Of a stretch of 64,000 nt of DNA, positions 29,207-37,287 are shown in pieces. The notes beneath the pieces are model-generated. The model was not told the origin of the DNA, did no database searches, and saw nothing but the letters and a program-made list of their open reading frames with translations. A program made the position numbers and the translations under genes. Positions within the stretch are counted from its first letter, which is position 1; each line of letters starts with the position of its first letter. This stretch comes from Minisyncoccota bacterium (GTDB lineage Bacteria; Patescibacteriota; Minisyncoccia; Phycocordibacterales; DATDWN01), in assembly GCA_036517295.1 (NCBI GenBank), contig DATDWZ010000008.1:304-64303 (forward strand), read 5' to 3'.

Positions 29207-29971
29207 ATGCTGGATAATGCAAAAAGGGAAATCTTGAAACATAAAGAGCTTTACGCGACTATCTTGGTCGTTGTTTTAATTATTATTTCTGGTCTTGTCG
29301 GCTACAAAAAAGGCTACAGGTTCCAGAACAACTTTTTGATCGGAAAAGTTGGAACTTTATCTATAACCATACCGACAATACAGACAAATATTTTTATCGA
29401 CCAAAACCGTAAAATCACAACAATGAGCGACAACCAAACGGTGAGCATCCCACTATCCCCACGCAGTCACTCGGTCATTGTTTCTCACGACGGATACTTT
29501 CCTTGGAAGAAAGACTTTACTATGCCTAGTGGCGGAAACATCGTCCTCTCCCCTATTTTTGTAACCCAAAATGCAACGGGGCAAATTATTTTGAAAAACG
29601 ATCCAGAGTTTTGGGAAATCAGAAGCCGAATAATTCGCGACATCTTACCCACAAAAGAAAACCCCAGATTCTCTACAGATAATTTCGGAGCAATGTGGAT
29701 TGAAGACAACGCGGTAATAGTTAAGGTACAAGAAAAAATGTTCACGGTTATCCAGCCCGACACTGTAATAAAAAACCTCTACTTTTACAAAGACAGAAGC
29801 GACACCGTAGTTTTCTCAACAAATAATTCTATATATGTAATCGAGGTTAACAAAGAAGGTACCCAGAACTTCATACCCATATACAAAGGTAAAAACCCTT
29901 ACTTCATCGCCAGGGACATCGGCTTCATATATGTTCTCGATGGAGAGACTTTGATGCAGGTGATTATCTAA
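29207..29971 (+). CDS. Single-TM hypothetical protein with PEGA-like beta domain
   Basis: N-terminal TM. SHSVIVSHDGYFPWKKDF resembles a PEGA motif. Weak. Confidence 0.55.
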   Translation: MLDNAKREILKHKELYATILVVVLIIISGLVGYKKGYRFQNNFLIGKVGTLSITIPTIQTNIFIDQNRKITTMSDNQTVSIPLSPRSHSVIVSHDGYFPWKKDFTMPSGGNIVLSPIFVTQNATGQIILKNDPEFWEIRSRIIRDILPTKENPRFSTDNFGAMWIEDNAVIVKVQEKMFTVIQPDTVIKNLYFYKDRSDTVVFSTNNSIYVIEVNKEGTQNFIPIYKGKNPYFIARDIGFIYVLDGETLMQVII

Positions 29972-29974
29972 ATA

Positions 29975-30012
29975 AATTTTCAATTTCTAATTTTCAATTT
30001 TCAAAGATTTGA
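29975..30012. repeat. AT-rich intergenic repeat AATTTTCAATTTCTAATTTTCAATTTTCAAA
   Basis: Same core as 17837-17870. Confidence 0.55.
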
Positions 30013-30079
30013 CAGTGAGCGTAAAATTGACATAATAGCCTTAGATTGCGGGATAGAAACCCCATACGAGGAGAAGTCC

Positions 30080-30373
30080 ATGCTCACAGTAACACATGTG
30101 ATCTCAGTCGTTCTGATCCTTACCGGAGTGTTCACCTGGTTCAGAATCTCCAGACGGAACATCCCGCCGGCCACACCTTATCCCGTCGGTTCGGAAATCC
30201 TCCTCGGGAAGGAACTCGTAACGATCGTGGGGCACCGGCACTCCACCAGAAACGGAGACTTCCTGTACGATGTCGAGGGCGAAACGGGTGATCAGGCGGT
30301 GGCACGACATTCAGAAATGTCGTCTATGAAAAAAGTGCGGTCGTCTGGGCAAGAGAAGCAATGGCTACACTAG
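30080..30373 (+). CDS. Small GC-rich protein with N-terminal TM helix (97 aa)
   Basis: AGGAG 6 nt upstream of ATG 30080. The downstream hairpin caggaaaacc-tgccggc-ggttttcctg is a 10-bp perfect stem. About 58% GC. Confidence 0.45.
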   Translation: MLTVTHVISVVLILTGVFTWFRISRRNIPPATPYPVGSEILLGKELVTIVGHRHSTRNGDFLYDVEGETGDQAVARHSEMSSMKKVRSSGQEKQWLH

Positions 30374-30478
30374 ACTGGAAACGGTCCGCGTGTCTGCTAC
30401 GAGCGTGAGAAGCATCCCGGCACAATGGCCGCCGAGCAGGAAAACCTGCCGGCGGTTTTCCTGTTATAATGGAAAATC

Positions 30479-32386
30479 ATGCGAATTCTTACAGTCATAC
30501 CCATCAGCAAGGGCATATCCAAAGACACCCTGACCTACTTCACAAGCAAGGATGTGAGTACTGGCTCCATAGTCTCAATCCCCCTCCGAAACAAAACTAT
30601 TTACGGACTGGTAACCGCAAGCAAGGTGGCTCAGGAAATAAAATCCGAACTAAAATCGCTTTCGTACAGTATAAAAAAGATAGAGAAAATAGAGGCCAGA
30701 AACTTTTTGTCAGATGGTTTTATCGAGAGCGCACAGAAAATTGCAGATTATAACGCCGGAAGTGTCGGTGCCGTTTTGTCCGCTCTTATCCCGCGGACCA
30801 TACTGGAAGAAAGCGAGAAGTTGTCCTACACTCCACTGCAAACTCCAAAAAATACATTTCATGAAACCGTACTCCTACAATCGGATGATGAGGAAAGATA
30901 CGCAACATACAGAAGTCTCATACGTGAAGAATTTGCCAAGAATCGAAGCGTTTTTTTCTGTCTACCAACGACCGAGGATTTATTGAACGCCAAATTAACC
31001 CTAGAAAAAGGCATAGAAAAATATACATACATGTTACATTCCGGTTTGTCGAAAAAAGAACTCGTTGGTCTTTGGCAGAACATTATAGACGAACCACACC
31101 CACTGCTTATTATCGCCACAGGTTCTTTCTTGTCTCTACCCCGTCATGATCTCGGCACTATCATATTGGAAAAAGAAAGCTCGCGCGCATACAAAATGCA
31201 GGTGAGGCCGTTCATAGATATCCGTAGTGCCGTAGAAATAATAACCAAACAATTAAGTGTTCGCCTGGTGCTGGGTGATTTATTGCTTCGTACCGAAACG
31301 CTATGGGAAGAAAAGAATGGTCGATACGCGGAACTGTCCCCCCTCAAGTTCCGCTCACTTACAACGGCTGGATGCGAACTTGTCAGCATGCGCGTACCGC
31401 AGGATATGAAGAAAAAAGAGTTCACGATATTTAGTGATAAATTGAAAGATATGATTCGTGAAGCAAAAGAAAACAACGAACACACATTTTTATTTTGTGG
31501 ACGAAAAGGCCTGTACCCCGTAACTGTTTGTAGTGATTGTGGAACCGTTGTGGTGTGTAAAAATTGCAACGCCCCGGTGGTTTTGTACGGCCCTGCTTCG
31601 CGCAAGGCTACGCAGGGTAAGAGAAGCTTGTTCGTATGTAACCATTGTGGAGAGAGGCGTGATGCGGAAGAGTTGTGCGCGCATTGTGGAGGTTGGAGAC
31701 TGAATCCTATGGGACTGGGTATTGATAGGGTAGTCGAAGAAATTAAATCCATGATTCCAGAAGCTAATATAGTACTCATGGACAAAGACCATGTAACTAC
31801 CCATAAACAAGCGGTCAAGGCACGCGACCTTTTTTATTCCACCCCGGGCAGTGTTATGGTCGGCACAGAAATGGCCGCCACCTATCTTAATGAAAAAATA
31901 GAAAATGTGGCTGTCATTTCAATAGATTCATATTTTTCCATACCGGATTTTCAGGTGAATGAAAAAATATTCCATATTCTTTTGGGGCTGCGAGCTTTGG
32001 CAGAGAAAAATCTCCTGTTTCAGACGAGACAAGAGAATACCAAAATATTCGACTATGCTTTGCGCGGAAATCTTCTGGATTTTTATCGTGATGAAATAGA
32101 AGAGCGGGAGTCAATCGGCTATCCACCTTTTGTAACATATATAAAACTCAGTCTTGAAGGAGAAAAAAATGACATAAAAAAGGAAATGGCTAATATTGCT
32201 GACCAGATGAAACCGTACGAGGTCAATATCTTTGATGCATTCAATCCGGGCGGAAAATTAAAGTACACCATACACGGGCTTTTATCTCTCCCACACGGCA
32301 AATGGATGGATAAAATACTTTTGGATAAACTAAGAACGCTTCCACCGCATGTAGCGGTCAGAATAGACCCCGTCACGCTTTTGTGA
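30479..32386 (+). CDS. priA: Primosomal protein N' (PriA) homolog with degenerate helicase motifs I/II/III
   Basis: N-terminal 3'-DNA-binding domain. Cys-rich region CSDCGTVVVCKNCNAPVV...CNHCGERRDAEELCAHCG. C-terminal domain present. At the Walker A position it reads QSDDEERYATY instead of GxGKT. It reads LEKES instead of DEEH and VLGDLL instead of SAT. Confidence 0.8.
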   Translation: MRILTVIPISKGISKDTLTYFTSKDVSTGSIVSIPLRNKTIYGLVTASKVAQEIKSELKSLSYSIKKIEKIEARNFLSDGFIESAQKIADYNAGSVGAVLSALIPRTILEESEKLSYTPLQTPKNTFHETVLLQSDDEERYATYRSLIREEFAKNRSVFFCLPTTEDLLNAKLTLEKGIEKYTYMLHSGLSKKELVGLWQNIIDEPHPLLIIATGSFLSLPRHDLGTIILEKESSRAYKMQVRPFIDIRSAVEIITKQLSVRLVLGDLLLRTETLWEEKNGRYAELSPLKFRSLTTAGCELVSMRVPQDMKKKEFTIFSDKLKDMIREAKENNEHTFLFCGRKGLYPVTVCSDCGTVVVCKNCNAPVVLYGPASRKATQGKRSLFVCNHCGERRDAEELCAHCGGWRLNPMGLGIDRVVEEIKSMIPEANIVLMDKDHVTTHKQAVKARDLFYSTPGSVMVGTEMAATYLNEKIENVAVISIDSYFSIPDFQVNEKIFHILLGLRALAEKNLLFQTRQENTKIFDYALRGNLLDFYRDEIEERESIGYPPFVTYIKLSLEGEKNDIKKEMANIADQMKPYEVNIFDAFNPGGKLKYTIHGLLSLPHGKWMDKILLDKLRTLPPHVAVRIDPVTLL

Positions 32387-32539
32387 TAAATTAGGGGAAA
32401 TTGAGAATAATTCTTTCTCACCATATCCTTTTTGGAGTACGCACTTTTTTTGGTAAAAAAGATGCTCGAATCCTCGCGCCGACGGGCTTCTGAGCCTCCA
32501 AAAAGGACACGGCTCAAAGAATTATTCAATTTTATTTAA

Positions 32540-33082
32540 ATGAAAAAAATACTACAAAAAGACTCGCCCATATTACGACAGAAATCTCTGGAGGTTCCGG
32601 TGAAAGATATTAGTTCACCTAAAATCAAAAAGGTTATAAGGGAAATGAAGGAAGCGTTGAACTCCCAGGATGACGGCGTGGCTATCGCTGCTCCGCAGAT
32701 TGGGTATTCCCTTCGGATATTTATCGTCTCAAAGAAGGTCTTTGAGATAAATAAAGCAGTCAAGGAAAATCCTAGGGGGATTAGTTCAACTGGTCTTGTT
32801 TTTATAAATCCGGTCATAAAAAAAGTATCGAAGGAAAAGAAAGGATTGGAAGAAGGGTGTCTGTCGGTTAGATTTTTATACGGTAAGGTTGAGAGAAGTA
32901 ACAAAGCCACCATATCGGCATACAACGAGGCCGGTAAAAAATTCGAAAGGGGCGGAACGGGACTCTTGGCCCAAATATTCCAACACGAAGTGGATCACCT
33001 GAACGGAATCCTGTTTATCGACAAAGCAAAGAGTCTGGAAGAACTGCCACCTGGGCATGGTATAGATGAACCAAAAAAATAA
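32540..33082 (+). CDS. def: Peptide deformylase
   Basis: EGCLSV and QHEVDHLNG metal-binding motifs. Confidence 0.9.
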   Translation: MKKILQKDSPILRQKSLEVPVKDISSPKIKKVIREMKEALNSQDDGVAIAAPQIGYSLRIFIVSKKVFEINKAVKENPRGISSTGLVFINPVIKKVSKEKKGLEEGCLSVRFLYGKVERSNKATISAYNEAGKKFERGGTGLLAQIFQHEVDHLNGILFIDKAKSLEELPPGHGIDEPKK

Positions 33083-33946
33083 ATGTCGTCAAAAAATAAT
33101 TCTAGTTGGGCATTTTTCGGCACTTCACTATTTTCCGTAACTATATTGGATGAGTTAAGAAGCGCGGGCTTTGTCCCGAATCTTTTAGTCACGGTCCCGG
33201 ACAAGCCGAAAGGCAGAAAGCTAATACTGACCCCTTCGGATACAAAAATCTGGGCGGAGAAAAACGGTATTCCCGTCTTCCAACCGGAAAAATGGGACGA
33301 AGATGCGGTTTCAAAACTTTCAGATTACAGTTTTCGATTTTTTGTCGTAGCCTCGTATGGAAAAATTATTCCTCGACATATTTTGGATATTCCTAAGCAC
33401 GGCGCTTTGAATGTCCACCCCTCACTCCTACCAACACTACGAGGTCCATCCCCTATAGAGAGCGCCATATTGAAAGAAAGTGGGACCGGTGTGACAATCA
33501 TCAAGCTGGATAAAGAGATGGACCATGGGCCGATAATCGCCCAGGAAAAAGTACTGGTTGATGAGTGGCCTCCATACACCAAAGATCTCGAAAACAAACT
33601 GGGGATGGTCGGCGGACAAATACTGGTAAATGTAATCCCTGATTGGCTTCTCGGAAAAATAAAAGGGATCGAGCAAAATCACAGTCTTGCCACTTTTTGT
33701 AAAAAAATAGAAAAGGAAGATGGAAAAATAAATCTAGCCGACAGCCCTGAAGTAAATCTGAGAAAAATAAGAGCCTACCATATATGGCCGGGAGCTTTTT
33801 ATCTCCATCAATCTGGGAAAAGAGAAATCCGTGTAATCATAAAAAGGGCACATATAGAAAACGGTGCATTGATTTTGGATAGAGTATTGCCAGAGGGTAA
33901 GAAAGAAATGGGTTACAAAGATTTCCTTAGAGGATTAAGAAATTAG
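33083..33946 (+). CDS. fmt: Methionyl-tRNA formyltransferase
   Basis: Formyltransferase N-domain, HPSLLP motif, C-terminal domain. Adjacent to def. Confidence 0.9.
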   Translation: MSSKNNSSWAFFGTSLFSVTILDELRSAGFVPNLLVTVPDKPKGRKLILTPSDTKIWAEKNGIPVFQPEKWDEDAVSKLSDYSFRFFVVASYGKIIPRHILDIPKHGALNVHPSLLPTLRGPSPIESAILKESGTGVTIIKLDKEMDHGPIIAQEKVLVDEWPPYTKDLENKLGMVGGQILVNVIPDWLLGKIKGIEQNHSLATFCKKIEKEDGKINLADSPEVNLRKIRAYHIWPGAFYLHQSGKREIRVIIKRAHIENGALILDRVLPEGKKEMGYKDFLRGLRN

Positions 33947-34100
33947 TATTAATAATCATCTATTGACTGGAGAGAAAGATTTTCTGCGGTAGCTTCGGCT
34001 TTTTGCATAACATACAAAAGCACGATGGTTATTATAATGCAACCGAAGACAAAGATTACTAAAAAAGAATTGGCTTTTTGTTGCAATTTACCAATATTTA

Positions 34101-34478
34101 TCATCTCCTTCGTTTAAAGTTAATCCTTTTTAGTATCTCTTTCATCCTAATCGCTCCCTTCTTGAATAAAGTCTTGTATTTATTTTTTCGGGAAACTATG
34201 GCTCGTTCGGCCTCATCGCGAACTATATCTATGGCAGTATATAAATCTATTTCTTCCGCAACAACATATACCTGTTTATTCCCCGGTTGGAGTATGTTTA
34301 CCTCCGCCTTGAATATATCCCCCGATTTGTGATGCTTTGTAGTTCTACCTATCTCGACTTCACACAGAGTCCCATTTTTCACATTCAGAAACTTCTCCAG
34401 CGAAGATATTTTACTCGTTACATAATCCTTTATCGACGGTGTTAAGTCAAAATTTTTTGAGCGAATTTTAATTTGCAT
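34101..34478 (-). CDS. hpf: Ribosome hibernation promoting factor / RaiA family
   Basis: MQIKIRSKNFDLTPSIKDYVTSKISSLEKF... canonical HPF N-terminus. Confidence 0.85.
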   Translation of the reverse strand: MQIKIRSKNFDLTPSIKDYVTSKISSLEKFLNVKNGTLCEVEIGRTTKHHKSGDIFKAEVNILQPGNKQVYVVAEEIDLYTAIDIVRDEAERAIVSRKNKYKTLFKKGAIRMKEILKRINFKRRR

Positions 34479-34597
34479 ATACATACTATTATACACTGTC
34501 AAAAAAGGCCGACAAGGAATTGCATTACTTCATATTTTTGCTATTATCTCTAAGTGCATAAAAAATGCATATGTTAATTTGAAAACGGTTAGTAAGC

Positions 34598-34915
34598 TCC
34601 GGTGTAGCTCAGTGGTAGAGCAATCGCCTGTACCGAAAGGTTGTGCAGCTTCCTAAAGTAATTTAGGATGAAAAATGAGGTGAATTCGGGGAACCCCACA
34701 GTTTAATAGCTGAGGGCAATCCCGAGCCAAGTCCCGAGAGAAATCGAGGGAAAGGTGTAGAGACTATCTCGTAAGAGAGTAGCCGTCACGCAAGTGAGTA
34801 GGCGAAGCGCCCCACATCCCACTCAGAAATGAAGGATGATGATATAGTCCAGACCAAAGGCAACTTTGGATAAAATGTAAGCGATTGGTCGTAGGTTCGA
34901 TCCCTACCGCCGGAG
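34598..34915 (+). tRNA. tRNA-Asn(GUU) interrupted by a group I intron in the anticodon loop (exons 34598-34631 and 34878-34915; CCA not encoded)
   Basis: Acceptor tccggtg/cgccgga (U1-A72, G73 as in Asn). D-arm gctc-agtggta-gagc. Anticodon stem atcgc/gcgat with loop CUGU|UAA after splicing. T-arm gtagg-ttcgatc-cctac. 5' exon ends in U; intron ends in G. Confidence 0.7.
34632..34877 (+). ncRNA. Group I intron (IC3-like, tRNA anticodon-loop type), ~246 nt
   Basis: Conserved core strings AAUCCCGAGCCAAGUCCCGAGAG (cf. AAUCCUGAGCCAAGCCGAAG), AAGGUGUAGAGACUA (P7; cf. GGUGUAGAGACUA) and UCGGGGAACCCC. Ends with omega-G. Confidence 0.7.
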
Positions 34916-36562
34916 CAATGGTCGTGAAAGAGGTATAATTTGCCTCTGTCGTGGCTTTACCAGGGACTTTTTTGAGGTTCGAAAATGATTTCGAGGCTCC
35001 GGAAGTTCCACAAATGGTTGAGAACTCGTTTTTAACAAGGAACCGCCAGCCGTAAGGGTTTTGGTGGTTTTTTGTGCTTGTTCGAAAGTTTTCTCTTGAT
35101 CTAGTCGTTGCTGTACTCTTTCCGCAAGTTTCTGAACTGGAGTTTTCATTGTCGGAGTTACTTCTTTATCTGTAAGTATTAAGTTCGAAAAGATATGACT
35201 CAAAAGTAATCTTCTGTCTTCGGGAGACCTTTTCTCGTATATCTCTCTTGCTCTCCTAGCAAGGTCAATTATATTCAACCAGATTTCAAAATACTTTGCT
35301 TCTTCAGTCTTAATCCTACCAAGTTGTTCTATCACAGCATTTTGCTCTTCTATTATTTCCTTATTTTTTATCTCCCAACGCTCTCTTGTAATTCTCTCAT
35401 CAAGACGGTCATCATATACGTTATCTAAACGTCTCTGTAGTGAGCTGTAGCGGTCGTTAAGCCCCTTGATAGCACTTTCCTTGTACTCTATCTCTTGGGC
35501 GTGGTTTTCCTTAATTTTAACCTTAATTTGCTCTGCCTCTTCTGGTGTTATGGTTTCAAAGAACTTAAAGACTCCAAAGAGTTTGTCTTCGAGTTCCTTT
35601 TCCGGTGCATACTTTTTCTGAGAGCAGTTTCGGTAATGATTGCAGTGATAATAGACTATTCCTTTCTGTATTTCTGCCGTAATAGTCCCACTACATTCTC
35701 CACAGATAAACATTTTTCTAAATTGAAACTCGTGGCGGTTAAAGTGAGGAGTCTTTTTACCCATTCTAATATCTCTAACCTTTTCAAATAACTCTTTGGT
35801 GATAAGGGGTTCGTGAGACCCATTACTAAAAACCTCATCATTCCATTCCATCGCTCCATAGTAAAAAGGATTATTAAGAATACTCTCAATAACACTTTTT
35901 ACCATCTTCTTACCAGATCGAGTCCGAAATCCCTCTTTGTAAAACATCTCAATCACGGCTTTCATAGAATAGTTACCAGAACCATAAAGTTCAAACATCC
36001 TTTTTACGAATGGAGCGATTTCTTGATCTATTATGTGTGTTTTATGTCCCTTCTCACCAATGGTTTTATATCCGAGTGGAGGTTTTGTTGGTAACCACCC
36101 TTGAGCAAGTTTTTCTTTCTGACCCTTTTTTACCTCTTCAGATAGATTTGAAATAAACTTCTTAGCTAGAACTATTTCAATATCCCAGCGAAACTTTTCG
36201 TCAGATTTAGCGTTCTTATGGATAATCAGATTTTGCTTAACAAAATGTATTTGCCTAGAAACATCTCCCTCAACCCAATCGTTAATCGCTAGTGCTTCCT
36301 TGAAGTTGCGAGTAAGTCTATCTACTTTCTCACAGAGTAATATATTTACTTTATTTTTTTCCAAAAACTCTAACATTTCTGCAAAAACCACTCGTTGTTT
36401 TGCACCACTTGCTGACTCTGCAATCGAAAAGACTTTTATCATCTGAAAATCTTTTCGCTGAGCATATTCCTCCATAAGTTTAACCTGTGATGGCAAAGAA
36501 TAACCTGTTTCTTCTTGTTCTTTTGATGAAACTCTACAATAACTAACTGCTTTTATTTTCAT
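34904..36562 (-). CDS. Large serine recombinase (resolvase catalytic domain + recombinase domain + zinc ribbon + coiled coil)
   Basis: YCRVSSKEQ catalytic Ser motif. Recombinase domain. CGECSG...YYHC zinc ribbon. Long coiled coil. The 3' end overlaps the tRNA-Asn 3' end. Confidence 0.85.
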   Translation of the reverse strand: MKIKAVSYCRVSSKEQEETGYSLPSQVKLMEEYAQRKDFQMIKVFSIAESASGAKQRVVFAEMLEFLEKNKVNILLCEKVDRLTRNFKEALAINDWVEGDVSRQIHFVKQNLIIHKNAKSDEKFRWDIEIVLAKKFISNLSEEVKKGQKEKLAQGWLPTKPPLGYKTIGEKGHKTHIIDQEIAPFVKRMFELYGSGNYSMKAVIEMFYKEGFRTRSGKKMVKSVIESILNNPFYYGAMEWNDEVFSNGSHEPLITKELFEKVRDIRMGKKTPHFNRHEFQFRKMFICGECSGTITAEIQKGIVYYHCNHYRNCSQKKYAPEKELEDKLFGVFKFFETITPEEAEQIKVKIKENHAQEIEYKESAIKGLNDRYSSLQRRLDNVYDDRLDERITRERWEIKNKEIIEEQNAVIEQLGRIKTEEAKYFEIWLNIIDLARRAREIYEKRSPEDRRLLLSHIFSNLILTDKEVTPTMKTPVQKLAERVQQRLDQEKTFEQAQKTTKTLTAGGSLLKTSSQPFVELPEPRNHFRTSKKSLVKPRQRQIIPLSRPLLRR

Positions 36563-36600
36563 ATATATATTTATATTATCACTTTTTAATAATCAGCTAC

Positions 36601-36770
36601 AGTCCGACTTCTACCTTCTGATACTATCAACAGGTAGTGGACTCTTATGTATCAGATAACTATGAGCGAGTTTTGTGATAACCTTTTCGTAAATTATTTT
36701 ACGTTTTATATATCCAACCCCGTTCTGAACTATTCCGATACTCTTCAGATGGCAGGGCGAGAAGTCGGAC
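36601..36770. repeat. Long-range inverted repeat agtccgacttct ... agaagtcggac(a) flanking ~150 nt immediately upstream of the recombinase gene (candidate att/recombination site or structured RNA)
   Basis: 11/12-bp inverted repeat at 36601-36612 and 36760-36770. Confidence 0.3.
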
Positions 36771-36818
36771 ACTCGTTTTCCCTGCTTTCGCAAGAGTACC
36801 TGAACACCCCTTATAGGA

Positions 36819-37091
36819 CTAAACGTCCTGTTTTAAAGAACAAGTTTTACCTGATGTCCTTATAGCAGGTTTGTTATCTAAATTGTCTTCCGTTTGCGAC
36901 ACGGGCTCTCTGGGGTTGGTCAAAGAGCTTGTGTCGATAACCGAATATTCGTTTTTCTTATCTTCGTAATCAAACCTTGATAACAAATCAAAGAAAGACG
37001 CCAACCCATTTATTTCTTCTCCGCTCAAAATTGAACTAACAGATTTTTCTGTATCAACTTCATTATTAAAGTTTTGAGATTTCACTGTCAT
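36819..37091 (-). CDS. Hypothetical acidic protein (90 aa)
   Basis: ORF only. Lies between the recombinase and the RM genes. Confidence 0.3.
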   Translation of the reverse strand: MTVKSQNFNNEVDTEKSVSSILSGEEINGLASFFDLLSRFDYEDKKNEYSVIDTSSLTNPREPVSQTEDNLDNKPAIRTSGKTCSLKQDV

Positions 37092-37099
37092 TTCAATTT

Positions 37100-37140
37100 T
37101 TGATAAACAAAAACACCACCCTTTTAGGTGGTTAATTTAC
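37100..37140 (-). terminator. Intrinsic terminator downstream of res (accacc-cttttag-ggtggt + U-tract on minus strand)
   Basis: Hairpin plus TTTTTGTTT on the minus strand. Confidence 0.5.
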
Positions 37141-37287
37141 GTACAGCAAAAGAGCCCCTTGATTGGGTAACTGTATCGGATTATTTAGTAGAGCGAAGTT
37201 TCCATCGGAAACTCACAGTAGCTTGATAACTTAATTATACCCTTTCACAACAGAATAGCAATCACATCTTATCCACTTATTCTATAC

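Noticed and set aside
31144-31818. 224-aa minus-strand ORF inside priA
   Set aside because: Antisense shadow ORF. The priA frame has clear domain homology.
33955-34107. 51-aa single-TM ORF overlapping the hpf stop codon (ATGA overlap)
   Set aside because: AGGAG sits directly adjacent to the ATG, giving zero spacing. No other support. Could be real but is not defensible from sequence alone.
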